From assembly GCA_965218695.1 (NCBI GenBank), contig OZ244651.1, positions 448,001 to 512,000 of the forward strand: a stretch of 64,000 nt of DNA, written 5' to 3'. The stretch is from Nitrosopumilus sp. (GTDB lineage: Archaea > Thermoproteota > Nitrososphaeria > Nitrososphaerales > Nitrosopumilaceae). Position 1 is the first letter of the stretch. Every line of letters begins with the position of its first letter. Shown piece by piece: positions 34,892 to 45,721 of this stretch. Made by a program: the position numbers and the translations under genes. The notes beneath the pieces are model-generated. The model was not told the origin of the DNA, made no database searches, and saw nothing but the letters and a program-made list of their open reading frames with translations.

Positions 34892-36183
34892 CAGTCTTCC
34901 CAGAAGTAGCTCAGGGTAGCACCGGCGGCGGGGGCTCCGGCGGCTCTTTGTAGCCAAATACGATCAGCAACAGCAGCATGTCCCTGAGATCCTGTTGGGT
35001 GATCGGGGGATCCGTGGGATAAATCCCGGTAACGTGCATCAGCGTTGCGTTTGCCATTACCCAAGCGTTAAAGACGGCTACAGAGTACACAAAGCACAAA
35101 AGTCGCGCCATCGGGTTCTTGCTGTGCGTCTTGGCCCTTGTGTTTTCTATCATCCGGTATCCAGTCTCTATGCCCCACCTGTTCCCGTACGAGTCCGGAT
35201 CCACGTCGGGGACGTTGGTGGCAAACCCGATGTATTTCTCGTGCGGCAGCAGCTCGTCGTCGTCCTTTCTTTTCTTCCTCTTCTTCCTTTCTGTGATGGT
35301 CATCGTATACGACACCTCCCTGCCATCTCCCCCGACGATGACGGATTTGGAGACGCGGCCGCGCCTGCCTGTAGCAAACTCTGCGATGGCATCCACCACA
35401 GTATCCGTATTCTTGCATGGTATCAGATATTTGATGCCCATGTCCCCAAGCGTCCCCATTACGTCTGCCGTAAAGAACCCCCTGTCCAGCATCGCCATTC
35501 CGATGCAGGCCCCCACGTCCCGTGCAGAGCCGATGATTTTACGCACGAAATCGGCAGTATCCTCAAGTGACGGCATGTTCAGGACGCCTAACACGAGGCG
35601 AAGGTTCTGAACCGTGGACTGTATCGTGATGTACCTCTCAAAGACGTGTGTCCCGTCCTTGGCCTTTGAGCGCACCAGTTCTGCCCCGTAGCTCTTGTCG
35701 TATCTGGGTATCAGGTGCATGTCGATTGCCAAGTCAATCTCCTGGTCTTTCTTGAGCAGTCTCATCTTGCGCATCTGGTCAAGCTGCAGGACGACTGTCT
35801 TGGCAAAGCATTTGTAGACGTCGCTGCCACGCGTCCGGGATGCCGCATCGCGCATCCACTCATCACTTGGGCGTGAGTCCCCGTCTGCACCGCCGATTCT
35901 CTTGGAGGACCTGGTGCATCCGGCCACCTGCCTGCCGTGCGCACATGCGCCTGCCATGCTTCTGTGAAAATCCTCGGTGCCGTAGATGGCATTGTGCCTG
36001 TGTGAGACCATGATGCACGGGGACATGCCTGCCCCTACCGTGTCCAGAACATCTTGATATATGCGTGGGTTGTTAAGCAAGTCGCGTCTCAGTTGGTTCA
36101 TTGGTAGTTCGATGACCTTCTGAGATTGCCCTAATTGATCTGTTTTGATTTTGGGCTGTTTTCAGGTACTTCTGGGAAGACTG
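34892..36183 (-). mobile_element. ISH3-family element (transposase 34911-36101)
   Basis: TIR CAGTCTTCCCAGAAGTA; 5-bp TSD GTGCT; AIDMH, LDRGFF and RWGIETGYR motifs. Confidence 0.92.
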
Positions 36184-39100
36184 GTGCTGGACGCTGGTAC
36201 ATATACGGGTAACTCCACACTAACCATTAACTTGGGTGAGTGGGCGGACGTCAACAACCATCTTCCACAAAACGAGAAATCCTTCAAAGGCACGCACATG
36301 CTAAACTATGATATCAGCGATCTTCCAGACGCAGGCACCGTCACCCTTAACATCGGGGATGATGACTACGATCTTGTGAACGTTGGCGACGACGGTGATG
36401 CTGGAACCAAGGTTCTTACTACACCCGCCTTCTCTCCTGGAGATCCTAATACGGATCCACAAAACTTTGGAGCCCTGTATGACGACGAGACTGGTGACAT
36501 AATCGACTCTAGTGAACAAACATCACTGGTAATCGAATTGTGGCCTCCTAATGCTGATGGTACAGTTACTGCTAACGCCGAGGCGACAGGTTCCCTATCT
36601 GACGCTGCAATCATAATCGACGTCTTCTCATTCGGCCTAGATGGCGGAAGTGAGACTGAAACAGATGATGGTGAAATTGAGACTGAATTCGGAAACGACA
36701 ATGTCAACAACGCTATCTACAGGCTTGAACTCGAAGAGGACGGCGACAGCAGCAGTGACTTTGTAGGCACTCTGGAGTACGTCGGACTCAACCAGATCAA
36801 CATACTGAAGCTAGGGACATACACCGGCATCGAGACAATCAGCGACGCAATCATACTGATATCTGACGACAGCTCCATCTCAGTCGAGTATCTCGACTTG
36901 GACTCCACCGGCGGCGAGACTCTGTTCACGGCCGAGGCAGACACCCCGACACACTCGGGCTCAGTGGCCCTCGACTCTGACGGATACAAGGTTACAGACA
37001 CTGTCACAGTAACAGTGGAAGATGCAGACCTGAACGTTGACAGCGGAAAGGCCGACATCTACACGACTTACGGCGACATGATCAGCGACGCGGATGCCGT
37101 TATGGAACTGCTCACCGTGTCAATTGACGGCCAAGATTGGAATGCAGGATGTGGCCTTGGTGGACTTGACGCCAGCCAGTTCACGCTCCGGGAGACCGGA
37201 AGTGACAGCGGCGTGTTTACCGGCACATTCGCGATTCCGGAAAACCACTGTCCCAGCGGAGAATCTAACGGAGAAGCAGCCACAGTCACCGGCACAGACG
37301 TCTCAGTCGAATATGTCGACTTTAGGGACGACTCTGGTGCGATCATATCTGTGAGCGCTTCTGCGGGCATACGATCCAGCACCGGATCCGTGAGCCTTGA
37401 CAGGACCGTCTACCCGGTACCGTTCAGCGCAACCTCCTTTGAGACTGCAGCAGGCGGTGACCTAGACCAGGGCGACCTGACCATCTATGTCAGCATCAAC
37501 GATTCTGACTATGACACGTCATCCAACGGAATAGACAACATTGACGACACATCCCTGGCGATAAGCGTGCTCCGAAGCGGTGTTGAGGACAAGGTATTTG
37601 ACACTGTCGGAAACGCAGCCAACCCAATCTCTGAGACTGCGCCTGATTCTGGCGTATTCGAGCACGAGATGACCATTTCATACGCCGATGGCCCAGATGG
37701 CAGCATCCAGCAGGGAGACATTCTCCATGTGCAATACACTGACCCATCTGACGCATCAGGCAGCGCAAACACGGTAACCGACTCTGCAACGTTTGACTTG
37801 CGAAACGGCGTACTCCAGTCCGACCAGACTGCGTACATCATCGGAAGCGACGCGATACTGACACTCATCGAACCCGACTTGAACCTTGACAGCGGCTCCA
37901 CAGAGACATACGACCTTGACCTGATCGAATGGGACTCTGATGCGGGCACAGAAACGCTCAATTATGGAGGCTTTGACGCAACACCGTCCAACCTCTTGGA
38001 GACTGGCCCCAACACTGGAATCTTCCAGGTTGTGATCAGCATTCCAAACGAGATAGACGATGACCGCCTCGAAAGAGGTGAGGAGATCACACTGGAGTAT
38101 ACAGACTGGGGACCATCCGGCGCTGACTATGTCGGCGACAAGGACGAGTCCATAACCGCGACCATCTACACGTCTAACTTTGGCGCAACCATCGAGCTGG
38201 ACCAGCGCGTCTACACGTGGACTGACAAGGTCTACGTAACAGTAGTCGCACCTGACCACAACATCGATAGCGACCAGGTAGACGAGATAGGAGGCGACAG
38301 CAACGACGACTACCCGGTCAGGATATCCACCCGTGGAAACGAGCTTGACAACTACAAGCTTGTCGAGACTGGTGCCGACACCGGCATCTTCACAGGCGAG
38401 GTAATCCTGACAGGATTCTCCTCCCATGACGCAGACGGCGACGGAAACGACGGCGATGCGACAGGAAGGACGGGCGGCGCAGGACCGACAGACGGCGAGA
38501 TAGAAACCGACAGTGAAAGCGGAATATCCGTATCATTCAAGTTCTCTGACGGCGAGACAGTAAGCAACTCTGCCCTAATCAGGTGGAACGTAGGAGAGGT
38601 CCAGTGGCTCGAGGCAAGTTATCCTGCCAGCGGATCAGGAATAGTGAGGATCATCGATCCTGACATGAACCTGAACCCAGAGGCAGTCGACAACTTTGAC
38701 GTGACCGTCTGGTCCGACTCTGACGGAGGCGGAATCGACCTCACCGTGACTGAGACCAATGCTGCAACCGGCATCTTTGAAGGCACCGTCTTCTTTGGTG
38801 TTGGAGTTGACACCAGCGGCCACAGGCTCAGGGTAGTAGAGGGCGACACAGTCACCGCGCAGTACTACGACAACACGCTGCCGGCACCGTTCAAGGAGAC
38901 AGAAAGGCTCCGAGTAGGCGCCACCACTCTGATCGGTACCATCGTACCACCACTGGAGAGGGCACCAATCTCTGACCTGCGCGCAGTCGATTCATTTGGC
39001 AACACCTTGGACACCGTATCCGTTGACACCCAGATTCAGCTAGAGTCTGACGTAACCAACGGACAGGACAAGGCACAGGAGTTTGCCTACCTCATACAGG

Positions 39101-39309
39101 TACAGGATGAAAACGGCGTCACGGTCTCACTTGACTGGATCAAGGGTTCGCTGACAGCAGAACAGTCACTCAGTCCGGCAGTCTCTTGGACTCCAGACGA
39201 GGCAGGCACGTACGACGTGACTGCGTTCGTGTGGGAATCCATCGACAACCCGACTGCACTCTCACCAACCGCAACGATAGCAATAACTGTAAACTAGAAC
39301 ACACACCCC

Positions 39310-39327
39310 TTTTCTTTTTTTTATTTT
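39310..39327 (+). terminator. T-tract terminator after S-layer gene 1
   Basis: Oligo-T run after TAG; similar tail after gene 2. Confidence 0.6.
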
Positions 39328-39420
39328 GAATATGGCCTAACGTGGGTTATGTGCTGACTGCTACCGTCCTCTCCTTATACCTAAGATTGCGGGACAGCCA
39401 AGACGGTTTACGGATTCTGG

Positions 39421-40089
39421 TTATGCCATAAAACTCACAATATGGCCGTGCGCGAGCAGCAGCATGAAAGCCGCAGCAGCCGTAAACAGCAAGAGCGGAC
39501 ACGCGCATTCCACGTATCTTGTAGTGCCTGTTCTGGCAAACTCTTGATCAGGCGGCTTCATTCCAAATTTCAGCCTGCGCCTGCCTACAACCGTCTCCTC
39601 TGCAAGAAACGTATTCCTTTCAAACCCCCTCTGCCTGTGCACAAGGAAGAAGGCCGCACACTTGCGCATCCTGCCATCTGATACTTCCAGAAACACGCCG
39701 CCATTCCTCATTACATCCGAGACGTTCAGTGACACGTTCCACGCTACTGCAGACACCAGCGACAGCACCCACCCTCCCATGAACGCCGGCAGCACGGTGG
39801 GCACGATGCCGTCATAAACCGGACATATGACCAAACCTGCAAACACGGCAAACAGGTCTCCGGTGCCAAACAACCTCATCCCCCACAACAGGGATGCTGC
39901 CGATGCGGATCCTGCCATCAAACACAGCACCAACAAGGTCACGTCCTGCCAGTCAAAGACATACAGTATTGCGCCAAGACCGCCAAACATCACAAACACC
40001 ACGTCGCTTGCCTCGCGAGTCCGAAGGTCAAGCCAGGCAAGGGTGGCAAACATTGCAAGGAACAGCGCGATGCGGACCTCCTCGATCAT
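39421..40089 (-). CDS. A24 prepilin/preflagellin peptidase-like membrane protease
   Basis: WLDLRTRE and GTGD aspartate motifs, multiple TM helices, C-terminal P-hydrophobic motif. Confidence 0.75.
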   Translation of the reverse strand: MIEEVRIALFLAMFATLAWLDLRTREASDVVFVMFGGLGAILYVFDWQDVTLLVLCLMAGSASAASLLWGMRLFGTGDLFAVFAGLVICPVYDGIVPTVLPAFMGGWVLSLVSAVAWNVSLNVSDVMRNGGVFLEVSDGRMRKCAAFFLVHRQRGFERNTFLAEETVVGRRRLKFGMKPPDQEFARTGTTRYVECACPLLLFTAAAAFMLLLAHGHIVSFMA

Positions 40090-40120
40090 CAAACGGTGTG
40101 TACCACGTGTTTTTAAGCCG

Positions 40121-40645
40121 TCACAGCAGCTGCGCGCGCACATAATTCCGCATTGCGTACACGTCGTAGTGGTACTCTCTGAGGCGGCCTGCCCCGCCCT
40201 CTGTGAGGGCGTACAGCCTTGGTGCCATCCTTTTGATGATCCCGCGTCTCTTGAGTCTCCATATCTTGTTCTGCACGGTCTTGACATCCAGCAGCCCCGT
40301 CAGCCTCTCTGCCATCGGCTGAAACGCGTACGGAAATGACGAGTCCCGCTGCCGCTGCCGCCTTCGCAGGTCGTACTCCACGTACATGTCAGATGCGATA
40401 AACATCTCCACCGGGCAGAGTTTCATCTTGCGCGCTATTGCCTGCCACCTGCCGACATCCGTAAGCACCAGGGATCCATCCGACTGCTTTATTATCCCGC
40501 GAGCCTGCAGCCTGAACTTCATTTGGGGCGTTATGCCGCCGGCATCCCCGTCATCTAGCATCCTGATCAGTGCCCTGCCCGTGGTGGCGCGGATAGCCAC
40601 GAGTCCAAGACGTCTTTTGGCCCTCTCTTGTGCGTGATTGCGCAT
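40121..40645 (-). CDS. Tandem winged-helix DNA-binding protein
   Basis: Two LxxRGII...LTxxG wing motifs. Confidence 0.65.
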   Translation of the reverse strand: MRNHAQERAKRRLGLVAIRATTGRALIRMLDDGDAGGITPQMKFRLQARGIIKQSDGSLVLTDVGRWQAIARKMKLCPVEMFIASDMYVEYDLRRRQRQRDSSFPYAFQPMAERLTGLLDVKTVQNKIWRLKRRGIIKRMAPRLYALTEGGAGRLREYHYDVYAMRNYVRAQLL

Positions 40646-40678
40646 AGACTGGCTGCACCCCGGAGGTTATTGGACGGT

Positions 40679-41749
40679 TCAGAGAAGCGAGAATTTGGTT
40701 CCGTCCCCGTCAATCGTCCTGACAAACCTGACAAGCGTTTTGGCATCGTTAAAGTCACGGGCATGCAGCGGCCGGTCCCCCAGTTCCAGATGCGCCTCGG
40801 ATCCCAACGGGACAAGGTATGCCGGCTTGGCAGTGTTTTCATGCAGCTTGAACGCCCTTCCGGCATCGGCCATGCTTACCTCCCTTACGGTATTGTCCTT
40901 TTTGTTGACGATAAATTTGGGTTCGCCGTCATCATCGGTGACTATCATGCAGTCCTTGGCGGTGCGCGAAAGATCTTCCAAAGCGTCGTGCTTCACCTGC
41001 CCCAGAATGCCTGGCTTTGCAGGCCTTGACCCCCCGGACCTTGTAATGCCCACAATCACGGGTTCGGCCTGCACTTCCGGTTTCGGAGTGTTCCGTATCA
41101 AGTAAACGATGGCGTCCGGAGCCGGCCACGCAAAATTCATCTCCGATTCTGGAATGGTGATCTCGGTTATCCTCTCGGCCATGTCCGTCTGCGCCACGGG
41201 ATCCAGGCGGGCTATCCTGAGCAGAATGTGCGTCGGCACCACCAAGAGTTCCGCCCTGAGCTTGCCGGAGAGTTTGGTTTCAATGAACTCTGCAAACACG
41301 CCAAGCGCCTCATCGGTGATATCGCACTTTACGACCTTCTCCAGGGACGTGCCCTGCAGGTTGATCCCCTGTATGGCCTCATCGGCTGACATCCCAAGCG
41401 CCCCAAGCTCGTCGATTATCCCCCTGATGCGGAGCGGATCTATGTGCTCCCCTGCAGAAACCCCCTTAATCTGGTCAATCATGAGGTCCAGTTTGGACTC
41501 ATACCTTCTGGCATCCATCCTGATCTCATGCACCGAGGCGAGATTGCACGCCTCCAGTATGTCCAGTCCGCCCATCGGATAACACCTGCCGTCAACCACT
41601 CCGACGCGCACCGGGGGCAGGTTTGCCGGATCCGAGCGCGCCGCCTTTTCCAGCCTTAAGACGTCGTGCCTGCTGCCGGCGGTGCATCGCACCAGCGGCT
41701 CTTCCAGTTCGTCGATTCCCATCGTCTGCATGTCTGCGTTTTGGCTCAT
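40679..41749 (-). CDS. ParB/Srx-like N-terminal domain protein
   Basis: PPVRV..VDGRCY..GG..LEA resembles a degenerate ParB fold; ATGA overlap with the upstream gene. Confidence 0.5.
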   Translation of the reverse strand: MSQNADMQTMGIDELEEPLVRCTAGSRHDVLRLEKAARSDPANLPPVRVGVVDGRCYPMGGLDILEACNLASVHEIRMDARRYESKLDLMIDQIKGVSAGEHIDPLRIRGIIDELGALGMSADEAIQGINLQGTSLEKVVKCDITDEALGVFAEFIETKLSGKLRAELLVVPTHILLRIARLDPVAQTDMAERITEITIPESEMNFAWPAPDAIVYLIRNTPKPEVQAEPVIVGITRSGGSRPAKPGILGQVKHDALEDLSRTAKDCMIVTDDDGEPKFIVNKKDNTVREVSMADAGRAFKLHENTAKPAYLVPLGSEAHLELGDRPLHARDFNDAKTLVRFVRTIDGDGTKFSLL

Positions 41750-42465
41750 CTCAGCTGCGCCCTCATCGCAGCCATCTTTACTGCCTCCTTGGCCCTCGTC
41801 TCGGCATTGCCCCTGGTCTTGCAGTTGAATATCTGCGTGGCCCTCTTGCACAGATAATCAAAGGATGCCTCCGGGTTTTCAGCGCAGACCTTCTGGATGT
41901 GCCTGCGCAGATAGAACAGTGGCGGGTTGGCCTCGGTGGTTGTAGGCATGCTCATTCCGGCGCGCTTGGCGTACCACGCGTCTCCTGTAATGTCACAAAT
42001 CTTGTTTACCTTGAAAAACACGCTTAGCATGGTCGGGGCGTTCCTGACGCCAAATGCCAGGCAGACTGCATCCATCGCATCCTTTTCATGGAATGGGACG
42101 CTTTCACTGCGGCAGGTGTAATATATCGCAAAGCACGCAGCCGCTGCCTTTGAGAGTTTCATGCTTAGCACGTTTCTGTAAATTCGCAGCACGTCGTGCT
42201 GCAGCGCGCCGTTGATTGCAAGCTTGCCGCAGATGTCAGATATTGCCCCCTTGTCGCTGCTGTGCAGGTGAAGTTTTTTTGTGCGGCCAGGAAGCCTGAC
42301 GGTACGGCCGCCGTTTTCGGTCCGGATGTACAGATTCGTCCTGCTGGCCCCTGCCTTTTCCCTGTATTGTTCGTATCCAAGCACCACGCCGCACCCGCGG
42401 CAGACTGCCTCGCTTTCGACAGTCACCGGCTTGGTGTTCCCGCAGATGCATCGTGCTGCTTTCAT
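41746..42465 (-). CDS. Divergent TFIIB/TFB-like protein
   Basis: N-terminal CxC..VCRGCGVVL Zn ribbon; cyclin-like ICGKL..AAACFAIYYTCR region. Confidence 0.7.
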   Translation of the reverse strand: MKAARCICGNTKPVTVESEAVCRGCGVVLGYEQYREKAGASRTNLYIRTENGGRTVRLPGRTKKLHLHSSDKGAISDICGKLAINGALQHDVLRIYRNVLSMKLSKAAAACFAIYYTCRSESVPFHEKDAMDAVCLAFGVRNAPTMLSVFFKVNKICDITGDAWYAKRAGMSMPTTTEANPPLFYLRRHIQKVCAENPEASFDYLCKRATQIFNCKTRGNAETRAKEAVKMAAMRAQLR

Positions 42466-42537
42466 ACAAGCACGAGCGAAAGTTCGTATTTATGCAGCAG
42501 TAATTGACTTTATAATAAATTCAAACCACCCGGAGGT

Positions 42538-43734
42538 GTGAAGCTCTCGCTAGAAGACGTCAAGCCAGTAATGGAATCCGATCCGCTGGTGCTGTTCCAC
42601 CAGGGGAACAGGTCGCCTGAGACCGACAGGATGTACACGCACATGCTCAAGCGCGTGCTGTGCGGCATCTGCGAGGACATGCTGGACGGGACGTTCGAGG
42701 AGAGGGCAAGCGAGTTCGTCTGGCGCAGCAGGGAGAATCCCACGTGGTGCCGCGACATGATGCTCGGCATATCGCGCCTCATGCGCGAGCGCACCGAGCT
42801 TCCCGCAGGCGACCCGGACCGCATGAGCCCTTCTACGATCCCCACGTATTTTGCGCCGGTCAAAAAACTGCTTGAAATGAACGACGTCAGCATACCGTGG
42901 AAGCGCGTACACATGACGTTTCCGGAAAGGAAAGCGCAATCGGACGCGCGCGGCTGGACGCGCGAGGAGATATCGCGCCTGTTGGTCATCGCCGAAAACG
43001 CAAAGTACCGCGCCGTCATACTGCTGCTGGCAAGCTCCGGCATGCGCAAGGGCGGGTTGAGACTTCTCTGGAAGGATTTCACGCCGATATGCCGCGACGG
43101 CGACGCGCTGTCCGAGTCGGGGAGCGGCAGCCCGGTCTGCGTGGCCGTGCGCGTGTACCGAGGGAGCGCCGAGGAATACACCACGTTTGTCACGCCGGAG
43201 GCGTGGGAAGCGATGCAGGAGTGGCGCACGGTGTGGGCATCAGAGGTCGGGCGCCCGCCAAACCCCGACGATCCGGTATTCAAGCGCGAAGGCATGTTTC
43301 CCATGATGGTGGGACATGGCGCGATAAATTCAGGTATCGAAAGGATAATAGGCAAATCCGGGCTGCGCGATGGCCACGACACGGACGGCAAGCGCTACTG
43401 CGTGCCGGCCATACACGGGTTCCGGAGGTTTTGGAACAAGACAGTCAAGGACGCGATGTCCGACGACTCGCCCGTGTCATCGCTGACCAAGAAGGAATAC
43501 ATGATGGGCCACACCGGCATGGCCCCGATGGACCGCAACTACTACCACACCAACACCCTGGAGCTTGCAAAAGAGTACCTCAACGCCGTTCCCGGCCTGA
43601 CGATCAACGGAGAACGGCGGCAACAGCATGAGAGCATGCCCATGGGTGAAAGAAAAGACTATGAAGCCAAGATAGACAGAATGGAGCAAATGATACTCAA
43701 ATTGTCGGCGCGCATGAACGCCTTAAATGCATAA
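42538..43734 (+). CDS. Tyrosine recombinase/integrase
   Basis: SSGMR, HGFRRF, MGH and RNYY catalytic motifs all present. Confidence 0.9.
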   Translation: MKLSLEDVKPVMESDPLVLFHQGNRSPETDRMYTHMLKRVLCGICEDMLDGTFEERASEFVWRSRENPTWCRDMMLGISRLMRERTELPAGDPDRMSPSTIPTYFAPVKKLLEMNDVSIPWKRVHMTFPERKAQSDARGWTREEISRLLVIAENAKYRAVILLLASSGMRKGGLRLLWKDFTPICRDGDALSESGSGSPVCVAVRVYRGSAEEYTTFVTPEAWEAMQEWRTVWASEVGRPPNPDDPVFKREGMFPMMVGHGAINSGIERIIGKSGLRDGHDTDGKRYCVPAIHGFRRFWNKTVKDAMSDDSPVSSLTKKEYMMGHTGMAPMDRNYYHTNTLELAKEYLNAVPGLTINGERRQQHESMPMGERKDYEAKIDRMEQMILKLSARMNALNA

Positions 43735-43749
43735 TGATCCCCCTATTGT

Positions 43750-43863
43750 ATGGACGACACGTGCGACATGTGCGAAAGAAAATTCAACGATCACAGCAAC
43801 AAGGAGTTGGCCGCGTGCGGGTTCGCGCTGGTAAACGAGATAAGGACCACGAGGGGCGCATAA
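43750..43863 (+). CDS. 37-aa Zn-finger microprotein
   Basis: MDDTCDMCERKFNDHSNKELAAC.. (CxxC..H..C); below the ORF-track cutoff. Confidence 0.55.
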   Translation: MDDTCDMCERKFNDHSNKELAACGFALVNEIRTTRGA

Positions 43864-43940
43864 TCGCCGATCTGCCGCGCCAGAATAAGCGGATCACGGC
43901 AATCCAGGATGGAGAAACGAACCGCGCGTTGCTGCCCATA

Positions 43941-45587
43941 TCAAGACAGGATCGGCCTGACTGCGTATATGCGCTGCCCGGAGGACTCGTTCAGTAATCC
44001 CAGATGTGCCATCTAGCACCTGATGCAAACAGATCAATGGGGGCACGCCCAGACGATCCTTATGTACCACCAAAAAGATCGCCTGAGACGCGATATGATG
44101 AACAATGGCAAAATATATGAATCTGTTGAGAAGGTGCTGAGAGAAAGCATCGTGCCGTCCGCCGAGGTCTCCAAAAGGTACAACGCGACATATGGCGCAA
44201 GCGACTTTAACGTTGGCATGCTGCATGCCGCGATGCTTGACACTTCGGTCGGCGGATGCAGCTTCGCCATGAGAGAAATCACGGCGCAGTCCATCGAGAA
44301 TCCAAGATATTCACGTCATTCTCCAAGCGACGAGTGGTTTCGCGATATCCTGTCCAAGACGGACGAGGGTAAGGCGCTTGAGACTTTTAACCAGGCGGTA
44401 AGGGCACAGCTGGATGAGCTTTACCTGTTTGGCAGGCTGCCTGATGTGCTTGATGTGGCCATCGACATGCACCTGATACCGTGCCACAGCAAGAAACTTG
44501 GCTCTGACCTGAGAGGCGGAGAGCGCAAGAGCGGCACCAACAGATTCGAGGCGTACATCACGGCGCAGTGCGTCAACTCCAAATCGCGGCTTATCCTTGC
44601 GGCCCTATACGTGGACAAGTCCTCATCCGTGCACGAATCCCTGCGTGAAATCCTCAATTCGTGCCTAGAAAACGTCTCCGCCGTCGGATCCAGGCTGGGA
44701 CTGATCCTGGTTGACAGGGGCTTCTTTTCAGTGAACTCAATATCCGAGATTGAGCGTCTTAGCCTTGAGTACCTGATGCCGTGCACCAGAACCAGTAGGG
44801 TGAAAGACTCGCTGCGCAAGTTCGTGGCCAAAACGCTCGGCCCCATCTCAAAATCCGACATGACGAATTCTGACAAGGCAACGGTTCAGTACCACATGAT
44901 CATAGCAGAGAAGAAGAGAGTAAGGAAGGAAAGTGAGGGGGCGAAGAACGGGGACAAGAAGGCAGGTGCGCCGGAAGATCGATACATTGCGTTTGCCACC
45001 AATGCCCCGTGGATGGATGTAGAGGAATATTCCAAAAGGTGGACCATCGAGACATGCTACAGACTGGTAGAGAATGCCAGGGCGAAATCGTTCGGCAGCA
45101 GTAGGCCTGCCCGGCTTTTCTGCTTTCTGTACTCGCTGATGCTATTCAATGCGTGGGTGCTGGTAAACGCGCAGCTGGCCAGCTTTCTGAAGCTGCGTGA
45201 CGGAGTCCTTCCGGTGACGCAGCTGTATATGAAAATTGTCACGCTAATAGCAATCTATCGGAATATTACGATTCAGCCCGAGCCACCGCCAGATCCCGTG
45301 GCTCCGTGAGCACATCTGGGATTACTGTCGTTTACGCCGTACGTCGATATACTGACAGACTTTGCGCCGCGTTCCTCCAGCATGGGAACGTACGCTTTCG
45401 CGTCGCAGGTCATCAGGTCGCATCCACGCTTAATGCAGAACGCGGCCAGCACCGAGTCAGAACTGCTTGCATTGACGTCCGGCGACTCGCCGACGCGGTG
45501 GATCGTGAGATAGTCCTTGAGTATTCGTGAATTGTTGACCCGGGCCCACCCAATCAATTGGTAGTCGATTAGCACGCTGTTGCCCAT
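43941..45587 (-). pseudogene. PIN-like protein split by ISH3
   Basis: VLID..D..CDLMTCD; removing the IS rejoins YGVN-ESSGQRIYAVRPILS*. Confidence 0.6.
43992..45327 (+). mobile_element. ISH3-family element (transposase 44023-45309)
   Basis: TIR CAGTAATCCCAGATGTGC; 5-bp TSD TCGTT; AIDMH, VDRGFF and RWTIETCYR motifs. Confidence 0.92.
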
Positions 45588-45721
45588 GACGGGTCGTCTG
45601 CAGGCAGGCTATTAATACGCATCTTGCAGAAACTCTGTTTCCTAACTCAGAATATTTCGTACTTTTGCGACGAATCTAGTCACAAACAACGTCAGACCAT
45701 ACGAAAGCCGCTCTTGTGGTA

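Larger units (their letters stand above)
31269..39297 (+). pseudogene. S-layer protein gene 1 (Nitrosopumilus-type), interrupted by IS66 and ISH3
   Basis: TSLTLMTIMVAGGLTFAIPG signal peptide, repeated ETGxxTGxF Ig-like motifs, FVWES..NPTALSP end; segments 31269-31370, 32978-34891 and 36189-39297. Confidence 0.88.
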
